The notes under the pieces: model-generated
What the model was told of the DNA's origin: nothing
The model's database searches: none
What the model saw: the letters and a program-made list of their open reading frames with translations, nothing else
NCBI RefSeq assembly: GCF_006345805.1
Contig: NC_042998.1
Location: 13,764,001-13,828,000, forward strand
Direction of reading: 5' to 3'
Length of the DNA: 64,000 nucleotides
From: Octopus sinensis
Taxonomy: Eukaryota
Shown: positions 26,836 to 39,099 of the stretch, one piece after another
Layout of the letters: each line of letters starts with the position of its first letter
How positions within the stretch are numbered: position 1 is the first letter of the stretch
Translations under genes and position numbers: made by a program

Positions 26836-28120
26836 CGAGGGGTGTTCAATAAATAATGCCCCTGACCCACTTGCAGTTGTTTGATCTAGCTGATCTGCAT
26901 GTGCAATTATTTATATCTCTATAGATTAAGTGGCAAATTACAGCTCTGACCTAATTGTGGTTTCTGATTTACAGGTGTTTGAACTGAGTCAAGTGTGAAA
27001 TCGAGCCTGTTGAGTGTCGAGCAGTGATCCGGTTTTTGTATTTGAAAGGACGCACACCACGGGAGACTTTTGATGAAATGAAAGTAACTTATGGTGATGA
27101 TGCCCCATAATATGACCTTGTAAAACGCTGGAATCGTGAATTCAAACATGGTCGGAACTCTGTGGAAACAGCCCAGATCTGGTTGCCCCCTTCTGCCATT
27201 GATGGAGCATCTGTCCGTCAAGCTGAGGCTGCCATTTGGGAAGATTGATGCATAATTATTCGCCAAATAGCCCATGAGGTCAAGATTAGTACCGGGTCTG
27301 TGGAAACTATCATTCATGACCATTTGCATATGCAAAAGGTGTCTGCCAGATGGATTCCCAGGTTGCTCACACCTTTCCCGAAGCAAAAATGCGTCGAGTT
27401 CTCGAGGATGAATTTGGAGATATGCCAAGAAGATGAGTCAACATTTTTCAAAAGACTGATTACACAGGAGGAAACCTGGGTCCATCACTATGATCCAGAG
27501 ACCAAAGCCTAGTCAATGCAGTAGAAGCACCGTGACTCACCTCCTCCAAAGTAGGCAAGGGTGCTGCCCTCCGTTGGCAAGGTCATGCTCACAGTCTTCT
27601 GGGACCAGGACAGAGTAGTGATGACAGATTTCCTGGCAAAGGGTACCACAATTACAGGACCCTATTATGCTTCACTTTTGAGGAAATTAAGAGAAGCTAT
27701 CAAAATCAAGAGGCGGGGCAAGATCAGCAAAGGCATCCTCCCCCTGCAGGACAACGCCCCGGTCCACAACTCGCGTGTTGCCGGGTCAGAAGCACAGGCG
27801 TGCACCTATGAACTCCCCCCATCTCCCCTACTCTCCTGATCTTGCACTCTCTGATTTTCACCTCTTCCCAGCCATGAAGTTGTTTTTGTAAGGAAAGCGT
27901 TTCTCAGATGATGCAGTCTTGATTTCTGAAGTCAAGTTGTGGTTGGAGAACCAAGCTGGAGTCTTCTACAAAAACGGTCTCCAGAGCTGCATTAAATGAT
28001 GGGAGAAATGTGTAACTCGGGGTGGTTCCTATGTAGAAAAAGACTAATAACTGTGTCAAGTTTCGTTGCTCTACTGCTATGGGAAGTGGGTGAGGGGCAT
28101 TACTTATTGAACAACCCTCG
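26836..28120 (+). mobile_element. Full-length mariner (DD34D) element, 1285 bp, inactive
   Basis: TIRs cgaggggtgttcaataaataatgcccctgacccactt / aagtgggtgaggggcattacttattgaacaaccctcg, with a TA duplication at 26834-26835 and 28121-28122. Confidence 0.97.
26995..28047 (+). pseudogene. Mariner transposase pseudogene
   Basis: ECRAVIRFLYLKG, WIPRLL, ITQEETWVHHYDPETK, KVMLTVFWD, LQDNAPVH, PYSPDLALSDFHLF; several stops and frameshifts. Confidence 0.95.
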
Positions 28121-28270
28121 TAAATGTTGAAGTGAATCGAACGGCTTTTGTGTGTTTCTTAAATGGCTTACAAACACCTTCCACGCTGCAATTGTTTTCG
28201 TTTCAGCACACGATTTCAGATCAAATTACTTGCTATGCGGGTACATCTCCGTAATATATAATATATATAT

Positions 28271-28339
<69 letters not shown>

Positions 28340-29605
28340 GGATGGGGGGATGAGGGAGCGGTTGTCACATGCTGAATAATGAGGTGGGTACGCAGAAATG
28401 AGTTTTTGTGGCAGTTCATGCCTATGTTAAAAGTTCTGAGTTAAGTTCTTAGTCTGGAACATCTAATTATAAATATATACGTGTGCGTGTGTTTGTATGG
28501 ACATGTGCTTGCGTGTGTGAGAGTGCGTGTGTGCGTGAGTGTATATGTGTTTGTGTGAGTATGTGTGTGTGTGTATATGTGTGTGCGTGTGTGTGTGCGT
28601 TTGTGTGTGTATGTGTCTACCGTTTAGCCCTACTTATACTTGCTGCAGCTTTCAGCCTGTGTATGTTGAGCCGGCCCCAACCAACGGGTCACATTCAGAC
28701 TTTCTGTGGGAAAACAAGTACACATGTGGCTCCTTGTTACAGGCATGCTGTACACAACTTGGAAGTATATTCTTGGGAAAGATCAGAAAACCTATAGAGT
28801 AAGAAATCCACTAATACTCTTACAATTCCAAATCAATACTGTATTATTACTTACTTTACAAGGATCCTGTATTTTCAAAATGCCTAAGTGTTATTATCCC
28901 ATGCGCAATTTACGACAGCTAGTTTATGGAGACCATTATGTAATTATTGTATACGCAGTTTGTTTCAGTTCATAATTTTCCATTGAGTATGGTTTCATTT
29001 TCAGAAAATATATGATATACAATGTAATTTTTCCAAAATATTTATAGACACATTCTTTGGTATTATCAACGATGTAAACGTTTTCACTTATATTTTAGGA
29101 TTAAAAAGACAAAACTGTGTTTTATTTTTTAATGTGAATATGATAGTATCAGAACATTTATCTGTCCATTAGGATATATTTTCTACTAAACATACATTTT
29201 TGCATAATACTCCTATTGTTTTGCTTTGAAGAGCATGTTTTATATCTAAATCGTTGTGTATATTCTTTAATATTATTACAATAATACGATACTTTTCCTT
29301 TTTCATAATGCAAATAAAAGGAGATATGTATATATGAATATATTTGAAGAAGTTTCTTCTTCTTGAAAAAAAATATATATATATAGTTTCGGAATTCTGC
29401 AAGTATACAAATCAAATATGCAAATTGTTATTCACCATTTTGGTTTCGTTTATAGGTAAGTTTATATAGAGGAAAATGTTGGCCTACCTTTTGTGGAAGT
29501 GGAGATGATTTCAAGCTGTGAAAAATAATTCGTTTTATATCATTTATTACGAATCATTATCCGAAGATGTATTTACCTATGATTTATTCAAATTAAGCTG
29601 ATGAC

Positions 29606-30010
29606 CGAGTGGCTGTGTGGTAAGTAGCTTGCCTACCAACCACGTGGTTCTGGGTTCAGTCTCACTGTGTGGCATCTTGGGCAAGTGTTTTGTGCTATAG
29701 CCTCGGGCCGACCAATGCCTTGTGAGTGGATTTAGTAGACGGAAAATGAAAGAAGCCTGTCATATATATGTATATATATGTATGTATGTGTATGTATATG
29801 TTTGTGTATCTGTGTTTGTCCCTCCAGCATTGCATGACAACCGAAGCTGGTGTGTTTACGTCCCTGTCACTTAGCGGTTCGGCAAAAGAGACCGATAGAA
29901 TAAGTACTGGGCTTACAAAGAATAAGTACCGGGGTCGATTTGCTCGACGAAAGGCGGTGCTCCAGCATGGCCGCAGTCAAATGACTGAAACAAGTAAAAG
30001 AGTAAAAGAG
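29606..30010 (+). mobile_element. SINE family B, full copy with internal microsatellite
   Basis: gtggctgtgtggtaag head, gggttcagtc B-box-like, cttgggcaagtg CORE-like block, (TA/TG)n interior, gtaaaagagtaaaagag tail. Confidence 0.9.
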
Positions 30011-30633
30011 TATATAAGTGTTTTAATTTGATTTTTATAAGCCTTGGCCTGTGATCTGCTGATGCAAATGCAGGGGGAAATGCTGTGTAGTTGAATTCTG
30101 GGAGAGAAACGTGTTCACATTTATCCACTTGCCTTCACACAATGCGATACAATAGCATATCAGGTTTGTAGAATTCTATCTTAATTATGATATCATCTCT
30201 TTTTTACAAGTGGCATAAAGTGCTCGGTTCACACTCATTGGAACTGAACATAACTTCAGATAAAGAACTTTAATTGTGATATGATATTTTAATATACACT
30301 TACTAGTCGTCATTATTCCAATATCATTGAACACATTTCTTAATTCGTTTATGTTATAAAGTATTTATGTATGTAGATGCGTATATATCTTCCAAGGAAT
30401 CTAATGATCTTAGCTTAGTTTTTCTTTGGGGCTGGCCACATTGGAGCAATCTCAAGAATAATAAGCCGAACTTGCGAGAATAATCTGATGCTTGACTGAG
30501 GAAAGAATACTTCGAATGACCAGTACTTGTTTTCTTTGTAACGTCTATCTGGATGATTTTTTGTCCTTTTTGTATCAGCTAGCTGTCCAGACGTTTTGCG
30601 TTCTTGTCACATTTTGCATTATATATATATATA

Positions 30634-30674
<41 letters not shown>

Positions 30675-30989
30675 GTGTATGTATGTATGTATGTATGCAT
30701 GCATGTATGTATTATGTATGTATGTATGTATGTATGTATGTATGTATGTATGTATATCTGAGTACGTACACTTTGCTCCCTTATATGTATGGAGGTAGGT
30801 ATATAGAATAGAATAATAAATATATCATGCAATATTTCAAACATTTTTAACCCCTCAATATACTTTTCCATTTTTGTATTGGTATGCAATTACATCGAAA
30901 TGCATTTCTATTTAATAGGACTATTAATAATAAACAAACGTAAGTATATACGCGCATACGTGACTGAGGAAAGAATACTTCGAATGACC

Positions 30990-31255
30990 CGTAATAAGAA
31001 GCTTTCGTGCCAGCCACATGGTTTCCGAGGTCAGTCTCATTGTGTGACACCTTTGGCGGTTGTCTTCTACAATAGCCTTGGTGTGAGTGGATTTGGTAAG
31101 CTGAAACTGAAATGCCATGGTATATATATGTGTGTGTGTATATGTCTATGCGTGTGTGTGCGTGTGCGTAGATTCATACGGCTAACATTCCTTCAAGGTG
31201 GTGCCCCAGCCTGGTCGCAGTCTGATAACTGAAACAAATAAACGGTAAAAGAAAG
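30990..31255 (+). mobile_element. SINE family B, degraded and deleted
   Basis: ccacatggtttcc..ttgtcttctacaatagcc..gtgagtggatttggta..ggtgccccagcctggtcgcagtc..ctgaaacaa. Confidence 0.7.
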
Positions 31256-33584
31256 GGATAAAATACGGACAACTGCAAAATGCATAAATTGATAATTGTT
31301 TTGGTTTACACTCAAGTCAATTATAGCCGTTCGGAATATGACATCAATCTTTTCATCTTCTATCCATTATGGAATATTTTTAGTGGAAGAGCCTCCTGTC
31401 CAAAATAATTTTATTTTTTTTTTAAGACACTAAGGGATAAATTGATAAAGATTTCCCTGTGCAACCACATGGTAGCATTTACCGTTACATCGAATGTCAG
31501 ATAGATTTGATGAGTTACATGTCCATGGCTCTTACGAGAAGATACCTGTCAAAAATACATGAGAAAACAACATGAGAAAATAAACTGATTATTTATTTCA
31601 TTAAAACTGTTATCAAAATAAAACACTTTAGGTAATTTTTCGTCAATCACTTCTAATTATTGACCCCATTATCACACTGGGGAAATTAATGAATGTCACA
31701 TAAATATTTCTTCTACACCCTGATCAGTTTAAAATCAAAAGTCATTCGTAGTGCAAAGTTAATACCGTACTTTGATAAATTACTCTTCTCATCAACAATT
31801 ATCCGTAAAGCTAATAACACCAAAATTTTATATGAACTTTTTCATCGTTCAGGCGTTAAATCCTTAAAACGTGTTTCGTTATTTTCTGTGTTTTTATTAT
31901 ATCATTATTTCTTTTGGTTTCTAATAATATTTTTAAAGAAAATACAAGTGGTGTTTCCACACAATAACGGGACTACGTTATTTTATTTTATTCCCACTTC
32001 AATTTAATTAAAGGTGCATTCATGCAACCAAGATGCATGGATTTTAAACAGGTGAAAGCTTTGAACGACGTGTTATGTCATTATGGATTAAGATACATTA
32101 AATTCATTTGATTTACTTTTTCTTAGTTTTTCGTTTTTTTTTTGTTTTTTTCATGACAGTGATGTTAATTATTTATCGTTGGAAGTAATTGCGAAAATTA
32201 CCTTCAAGATTCTTGATCAAAATTTTGACATGGCTTTAAAAACTGTTATATTATTAATCATGGAAGTCAATTTTCGTTCATGAAGTGTTTGAGCCCTGCA
32301 TAGTACTGACAGATAAAAAACACTTGCTCACTGTCATTAAATCAAACTCACTTCATGTTGAATTTCAGATATTCCAGCTACGTAACGCTTCTTTGTTGAT
32401 AGTTCTACGCTAATTGCTATAATTTTGTACATCACACGCAACAAAAATTGGAGCCTAGGCCTATGTGTTTATCAGTGCAAATATCAATCTTGTTTTCTCT
32501 CATAACATTTAATGTTACAATAGATCCACTATTCATTTTTAAACGATAAAGAGTGGCTTCAAATGGCATAAAATTTATTTTAACAATAGCTATTGATTCC
32601 AGACAGTAATATGTGCCTTAGGTAAACATTTGACTACTATTTGTAGCAACCCCTGCATCCTTGATTATTTTCTTCGTTTATCTCGTCGTAGTACTCCAGC
32701 AGTTTACAATTATCCTATCGTTGCCCAAATTCAAACCAGTAGGTATATGAGCAAATTTTGTACAGGTAGGACACTCCTGTATCTTTAAAAGTAACTACAA
32801 ACTTATTGTTCACTATGAACTTTCTTTGTATAGGTGCTGATTTTCTACATGTGACGCTTCTGTATATATTCTATATTAATAATCAAAGTATTATTGATTA
32901 TTTTAATTAGTATTGTATCAGGACATAAATTGCACCTGTGGAAGAAGAGTCAGGCGTATATAAATTGTAGATACATTGCAAAAGATCTTGTTTAGTTACA
33001 AGTCAATTTTAATGGTGATTTGATGCAATCGAAAAAAAATAATTGCAAAATATAACTGTGCTCTTTGTAGTTATTTCAAGATCATATGTCAGTAGAGAAC
33101 ATCTTTGTGTAGACATCACGAATTCGAGGCTGGAAAAATAACTTCAAGCCAAAATATTTCCTTAATAGATTTGATAAATATAGAGGTAAATAAAACCCTT
33201 ATTGGATAATTATCATCTTTTTTATGTCAGATAATATTTAACGCAAAAGCTAGACATTTCATTTCCTAGCCTATTTGAAAGCAAGAAAAGATATTCAGTT
33301 ATTGTACACATATGAAAGTGAGTCGATAAATGAATGAACAATATATCTTGTAGCATCAAATTTATAGTTTGATTTTAAATGCCAATTATTCCGTCTTTAA
33401 GCATATATATATATATATGTGTGTGTGTGTGAGTGTTTATATATGTACATATATATATATATATATATATAATATATTATATATATATACATATATATAT
33501 ATCTATATATATTATTATATATATATATATATATAATATATATAATATATATATATATAATATATATAATATATATATATTATT

Positions 33585-33637
<53 letters not shown>

Positions 33638-33741
33638 TAATATATATATATATATATGTAGGTCCCGGGTTGAGTCGGGGTTAACCACAGTAAATAAGGT
33701 ACTCAATACATAGCAGAGTAAATTAATTTATTTTATAGAAG

Positions 33742-33794
33742 GAGCTTCTACAGGACTAGAACTGTTTCATTCAAAAGAAATCATCAGGAAGCTT
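33742..33794 (-). ncRNA. Minimal type I hammerhead ribozyme (intact core)
   Basis: agcttc CTGATGA tttcttttgaat GAAA cag ttctagtc ctg TA gaagct: stem I agcttc/gaagct, stem III cag/ctg, GUA cleavage triplet. Confidence 0.8.
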
Positions 33795-33841
33795 CCTGAT
33801 GATTTCTTTTGAATGAAACATTTCTAGTCCTGTAGAAGCTC
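33789..33841 (+). ncRNA. Second, mirror-image hammerhead copy
   Basis: Same motif on + with one substitution in stem III (cat instead of cag). Confidence 0.72.
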
Positions 33842-34795
33842 CTTCGATATATATATATATATATATATATAAGCTGGTAAATACAATAAATAACCTAATG
33901 CGTTTCAAAACCTCACTGCTTCACTTTCCATAAGCCAGCCCCTTATTATTACGCAATGTAATAATATTTTATAAATATATTGATAATGATTCAGTACTGT
34001 CCTATTCATTTCGCATAATTTATTTAAATATTCAACGTTGTATAAGCCAGATATATTGCTCTCTATTTGAACCATATATCATGGTGTTTATTTTTCATGG
34101 TAGCACAATTTTGACAAAGATTAACATATACAAAAGAACTTTGTTTTAAAAGATACAATTTGAAAATGTGTGCATTCAAATTTGTTTCAAATACATAAAA
34201 TATGTGTTGGTAAATCTATCAAGAAACTGGAATAAAATATGTTGACAGATTGTGAAAAAAAAAATGGAAGCAGTGACATATTTCTGTATATTTAATGAGA
34301 AGTATCGATTTGTTTAGAAAATAAGAAGAAAAGAGTTTAATAAATGATATATATACTCTGCGCTCTGTACGTTATCAATAAAATCAGTGACATTGACAGA
34401 AGAAATATCTGTTTTATTTGCTAAATAACACAATGTTTTTAACTCAAAGTTACGAAATACAATGCTCTATCAACAATTGTATGATAGTTTGAAATTTGCA
34501 GAGAAGCGTCAGCACGTCACAATATTCATTTCGATTTAGCGCAGTTCAATACTTCCCACCGTTCCATTGCCCAAGTCTAGACATTTAAATAAGTATTCTC
34601 TTGAAAGACTGTTTTAACTGAATATAGTTGTTAATAAAATATTGCTTTACTTTTCTGAGTTACTTATATATAATGCATAAAATTAGTTTATATGCTGTAA
34701 ATTTAAAGATATATAGACTAATATCCGAAATATATTTACAAAATTAAAGAAAGTAACATAATTATCTGAGGTTGCTTCAAAAAAGAAACATGAGA

Positions 34796-34862
<67 letters not shown>

Positions 34863-34870
34863 ATATATAT

Positions 34871-34929
<59 letters not shown>

Positions 34930-34931
<2 letters not shown>

Positions 34932-35130
34932 GGTACTCGCCAGGAAAGAAAAGCGTACTCGACAGAAGGAAAAGAGAGTAGCACCGGCAGACATCTCCTT
35001 CAAATACAGTCGCTGTATGCGTGACTGCCACTCCCGTGTAGGCTTCTGTAGTCACCACAGATGCTGCAACACCATCAGCCGTTCACATGATTTCTTAAGA
35101 CGTTGATCCATGGCATCTCGAGACCGACCA
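34930..35130 (+). mobile_element. RTE-clade LINE 3' end
   Basis: Reads ..SFKYSRCMRDCHSRVGFCSHHRCC, like the RTE C-terminal CxRxCxSRIGLxSHxR motif, followed by a short 3' UTR ccatggcatctcgagaccgac. Confidence 0.7.
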
Positions 35131-35431
35131 GTGTGTGTGGGCACACATGTGTTTGAATTTGTGTGTGTATATACACAAGAGCAAACTCCACTTCGTAGAG
35201 TAAGTCGAAACGACTTTGAGCTTGATTGGTAATTATATTGTAATTCAAATGCAGCAGCAACAATTTGTGATGAATGCGGGTATCTGAAATTTAATGTAAA
35301 ATATATGGCGGGAGAGTGAGCTCCTGCTTTGAAGGAGAAAGCGCGCAAGGTCACCACCAACCTGCTGAAAGCATTGTGAAAACGAATGAAGTTATGTTCC
35401 TTTCTTCGGTTTGGTGATAGAGTAGGACCTG

Positions 35432-35815
35432 ATGGAGGTGCAATGGCCCAGTGGTTAGGGCAGCGGACTCGCGGTCGGATGATCGCGGTTTAGATTCCCA
35501 GACCGGGCATTGTGAGTGTTTATTGAACGAAAACACCTAAAGCTTCACGAAGCTCCGGCAGGTGGTGGTGGTGAACCATGCTGTACTCTTTCACCACAAC
35601 TTTCTCTCGCTCTTTCTTCCTGTTTCTCTTGTACCTGTATTTCAAAGGGCCGGCCTTGTCACATTCTGTGTGTCACGCTGAATCTCCTCGAGAACTACGT
35701 TAAGGGTACATGTGTCTGTGGAGTGCTCAGCCACTTGCACGTTAATATCACGAGCAAGCTGTTCCGTTGATCGTATCAGCTGGGACCCTCATCGTCGCAA
35801 CCGACGGAGTGCTCC
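35432..35815 (+). mobile_element. SINE family C, full length
   Basis: Homologous to 19730-20118; TSD atagagtaggacct at 35417-35430 and 35823-35836. Confidence 0.92.
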
Positions 35816-37008
35816 TATATGTATAGAGTAGGACCTAGAGATTCAACCTCCGTTTATGGAATGCTGTTAAATAGTAATCAGCACAGAAGATCATGGCACT
35901 GTTTCGTGGTGTGAAACGTGCGAATCTTTAATTGACGCGTTTAACATTTAGATACTACATTTGGATTTGCAAGTTCTACATGCGTTCAAAATGTAGATAC
36001 TACATGTGAATTTGCAAGTTCTCCACATTCATTAAGATAAAGCCTGACTATTCGTATCATTGACAACTAATTGATCCTGCACTCTGATAATTGCGTCGCT
36101 CAGTTTAACCCCATTCACCATCGAGCTCGGATATGCCATCTTCTTAATTCCATTTTAGCTGTTCAGTGCAGAACATTTTTCAGAGACAGCGAATCAGTGA
36201 CATTAATGAAGTGAAGCCGGGCGTGAGGAATACGGTAACTGTCACACCACAATTTATTGAACGATAGTGAACATGAATAGTTGTTATGCACTTTATATTT
36301 AGTAACATATTTGTGCAGACGAAGCATTAGTCTAACAGTGTGTCAGACGTGAATGACGTATATAACTTCCTTATATAGATATACCTAGTTTGGCATTACT
36401 TATATTAGGTTTTTTGAATATACAGGGAGCATCAGCTTTTGAGGCCATTTGTATGAATTTAGAAAATGATAGCTAGTTCATCAAAGAAAACGAGTTGGTA
36501 CAATTCAACCATGAGAATGCTTTTATTAAGCCTATTCACCCTATCCAATGTTGGCATGAATGACTGCTTCATACGGAGTCGGAAGTTTTGACATGTTTGA
36601 ATCAGATGGATCATTATCAATTCTGGACTTCGTACTGATTATGGTGGACTTGAAGAGTAGTATGGTGTTATAGGGGTAATGATTGAATTCTCGCTCGACT
36701 ACGCTCTATACGTAATAGACTAGAGGATTGCGGTCTGATGAGCTAGGAAGCCATGTGTATAGAACAAGCTGAGTTTGGCACTCATCCACGCTTGGGTTGC
36801 CCTAACCTTTTGAGATAGCACAAGTTCTTGTTGGAAGATGTCAGCTATTCCTTGTGTACTCTCTCACAAATTTCTCGAACACCACTGTATGGACAACAGC
36901 ATTGGTGCTTAAATCATATCAAATAAATGAGGTGGCATGATATCTCCTCGTTGATGACGACTCCCACACCCATCAAAATTGCTAGGAAACAGCATATGCA
37001 TATATGTT

Positions 37009-37046
<38 letters not shown>

Positions 37047-37048
<2 letters not shown>

Positions 37049-38245
37049 AGGGTTGGGCAAAATAAGGGAAACATCTGGCATCATAGCATCATAATTTTGA
37101 AATATCTATAAAACCGTCAGAAGCTTATTTTTATGCTTTTTCATTATTAATGTTGCTTTATATTTTTTTGCTAAAATTGCTGTTTCCTTTCACATATCAT
37201 CAGAAAAACGTAATTAAAATTCATTAAATTGACAGATCTATCGAACTTTCAAAGAGGTCAAATTGTTGGTGCTTGTAACGCAAACATTGTAAGGCAAACA
37301 GACGAAATGTTTGGTGTATCACAAACTACTGTCTCGAAAGTAATGACAGCTTTTGAGAATGAGGGAAAAAAACCTCCACGTCGAAATAAAACTCTGGAAG
37401 AACACTAAAACTTACAGATAGGGACTGTCGGACTCTTATGCAAATTGTTAGAAAGGATCACAAAAGTAGAGCTCCCAAAATTACTGCAGAGCTTAATGAC
37501 CTCGAGACCCCAGTTTCCACAAAATCTGTTCGCCGAGAGCTGCCGAAGCCGGATTTCACGGGAGGGCTGCAATCAGAAAACCATTACCTTCAAAAACAAA
37601 CGTTGCAAAGCGTTTACAATGGAGTAAAAACCCACAGAATTGGTCCCTAGAGCAGTGGAAGAATGGTATTTTCTCGGACGAGTCATCATTTACCCTATTT
37701 CCGATTACCTCCAACTGATTTCCTCCAACTGTAATGCACCAATTCACACAGCTAATGTTGTTACTGAATGGCACAATGAACATTCTAGTGAATTTGAACA
37801 TATTATCAGGCCGCCACAGACCCCAGATCACAATATTATTGAAAATTTATGGTGCATTTTAGAAAAACAAGTAAGGAGTCGATATCCTCCACCATCATCA
37901 CTATAATAATAATAATAATAATAACATCGAAAAATATCTTAGAAATGTGAACCCAGGTTCGAAATCTCCCCAAGACACCTGATGACGGCTGGAGGGTATA
38001 TCAGCCGAATCGTTGTGTTAACAACAAACGAGATGAGGGCAAATATCCGGCAAATGTATATAATGTAAATAAGTTACGTAATTACTTATCTCTTAAATAT
38101 AGAACTGAATTCAGACGTTTTACGAGTCCATACCTCGTAGAACTCAGAACTCAAGCTGTAATTACTGCCAAAGGCGGTCGTACCCCATATTAAAATTAAT
38201 TTGTTTGAAATCTTAAGGTGTTTCCATTATTTTGTCCAACCTCTA
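37047..38245 (+). mobile_element. Tc1-like element, internally deleted
   Basis: TIRs caagggttgggcaaaataagggaaaca / tgtttccattattttgtccaacctcta in TA context; transposase remnants TDLSNFQRGQIVGA, FSDESSF, NAPIHTA, QTPDHNIIENLW. Confidence 0.9.
37974..38019 (+). ncRNA. Minimal hammerhead motif in a ~200-bp insert (~37905-38110) within the Tc1 element
   Basis: gacac CTGATGA c ggctg gagggtatat cagcc GAAT cg TT gtgtt; GAAA is mutated to GAAT; the insert follows an (AAT)n run. Confidence 0.65.
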
Positions 38246-38568
38246 TATTTATATATATATGTGGTGTGTGTGTGTGTGTGTGTGTGTACATGTGTGTGTT
38301 TGTGTGTGTGTGTGTACATGTGTGTGTGTGTGCGAGTGTAGGAGTGCTTGTTTGCATGATGTATGTGTACGGAGCGACAAAGATTGCAAGTAAAATACCC
38401 TCTGATACGTAAATTTAATATCATGGATTTGAAAATATCTTTTGTTTCATTACTTTAAAATATTTTCTTCTTACTTTTCATAATTTCTCTGGAAATAAAT
38501 GTTAATATTTAATATATCATGTGATTACCTCCTTGCTGAGTTTTGATATATATTATAAATATTTACAA

Positions 38569-38970
38569 TGGCGCAGGAGTGTCTGTGTTGTAAGTAGCTT
38601 GTTTACCAACCACATGGCTCCGGGTTCAGTCCTACTGCGTGGCACCTTGGGCAAGTGACTTCTACTATAGCCTCGAGCCGACTAAAGCCTTGTGAGTGGA
38701 TTTGGTAGACGGAAACTGAAAGAAGCCCGTCGTATATATGTATATATATGCGTGTGTGTGTTTGTCTGTCTGTGTTTGTCCCCCTAACATTGCTTGACAA
38801 TCGATGCTGGTGTGTTTATGCCCCGTTACTTAGCGGTTCGGGAAAAAGAGACCGATAGAATAAGTACTGGGCTTACAAAAGAATAAGTCCCGGGGTCGAG
38901 TTGCTCGATTAAAAGCGGTGCTCCAGCATGGCTGCAGTCAAATGACTGAAACAAGTAAAAGAGTGTAGAG
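38569..38970 (+). mobile_element. SINE family B, full copy
   Basis: ggcgcaggagtg head, gggttcagtcc, accttgggcaagtg, internal microsatellite, caagtaaaagag tail. Confidence 0.92.
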
Positions 38971-39099
38971 TAATGAGAGCTTTGAGCATTTTTAAGGGTG
39001 TGAGTATGGCATCCATGTGTCAAATTGATATAAGAGGGACCACTTATCACAAATCTAAGGGACAAATGCTGCGGAACATCTCACGTTGTTCTCTTCAGG

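Larger units (their letters stand above)
26619..28254. mobile_element. Palindromic element in (TA)n, split by a mariner insertion
   Basis: Left arm 26624-26764 is the reverse complement of 26766-26835 plus 28123-28194; a unique tail runs to ~28254, then (TA)n. Confidence 0.8.
33660..33845. mobile_element. Palindromic hammerhead-bearing element in (TA)n
   Basis: 54-bp arms 33738-33791 and 33792-33845 with no spacer and one mismatch; unique tail 33660-33737 with AATAAA on minus. Confidence 0.85.

Noticed and set aside
36735-36755. ctgatgag hammerhead-like core
   Set aside because: No properly placed GAAA or stems I/III.
36500-36960. Possible CR1/L2 remnant (also 42100-42760)
   Set aside because: Motifs are too degraded to call.
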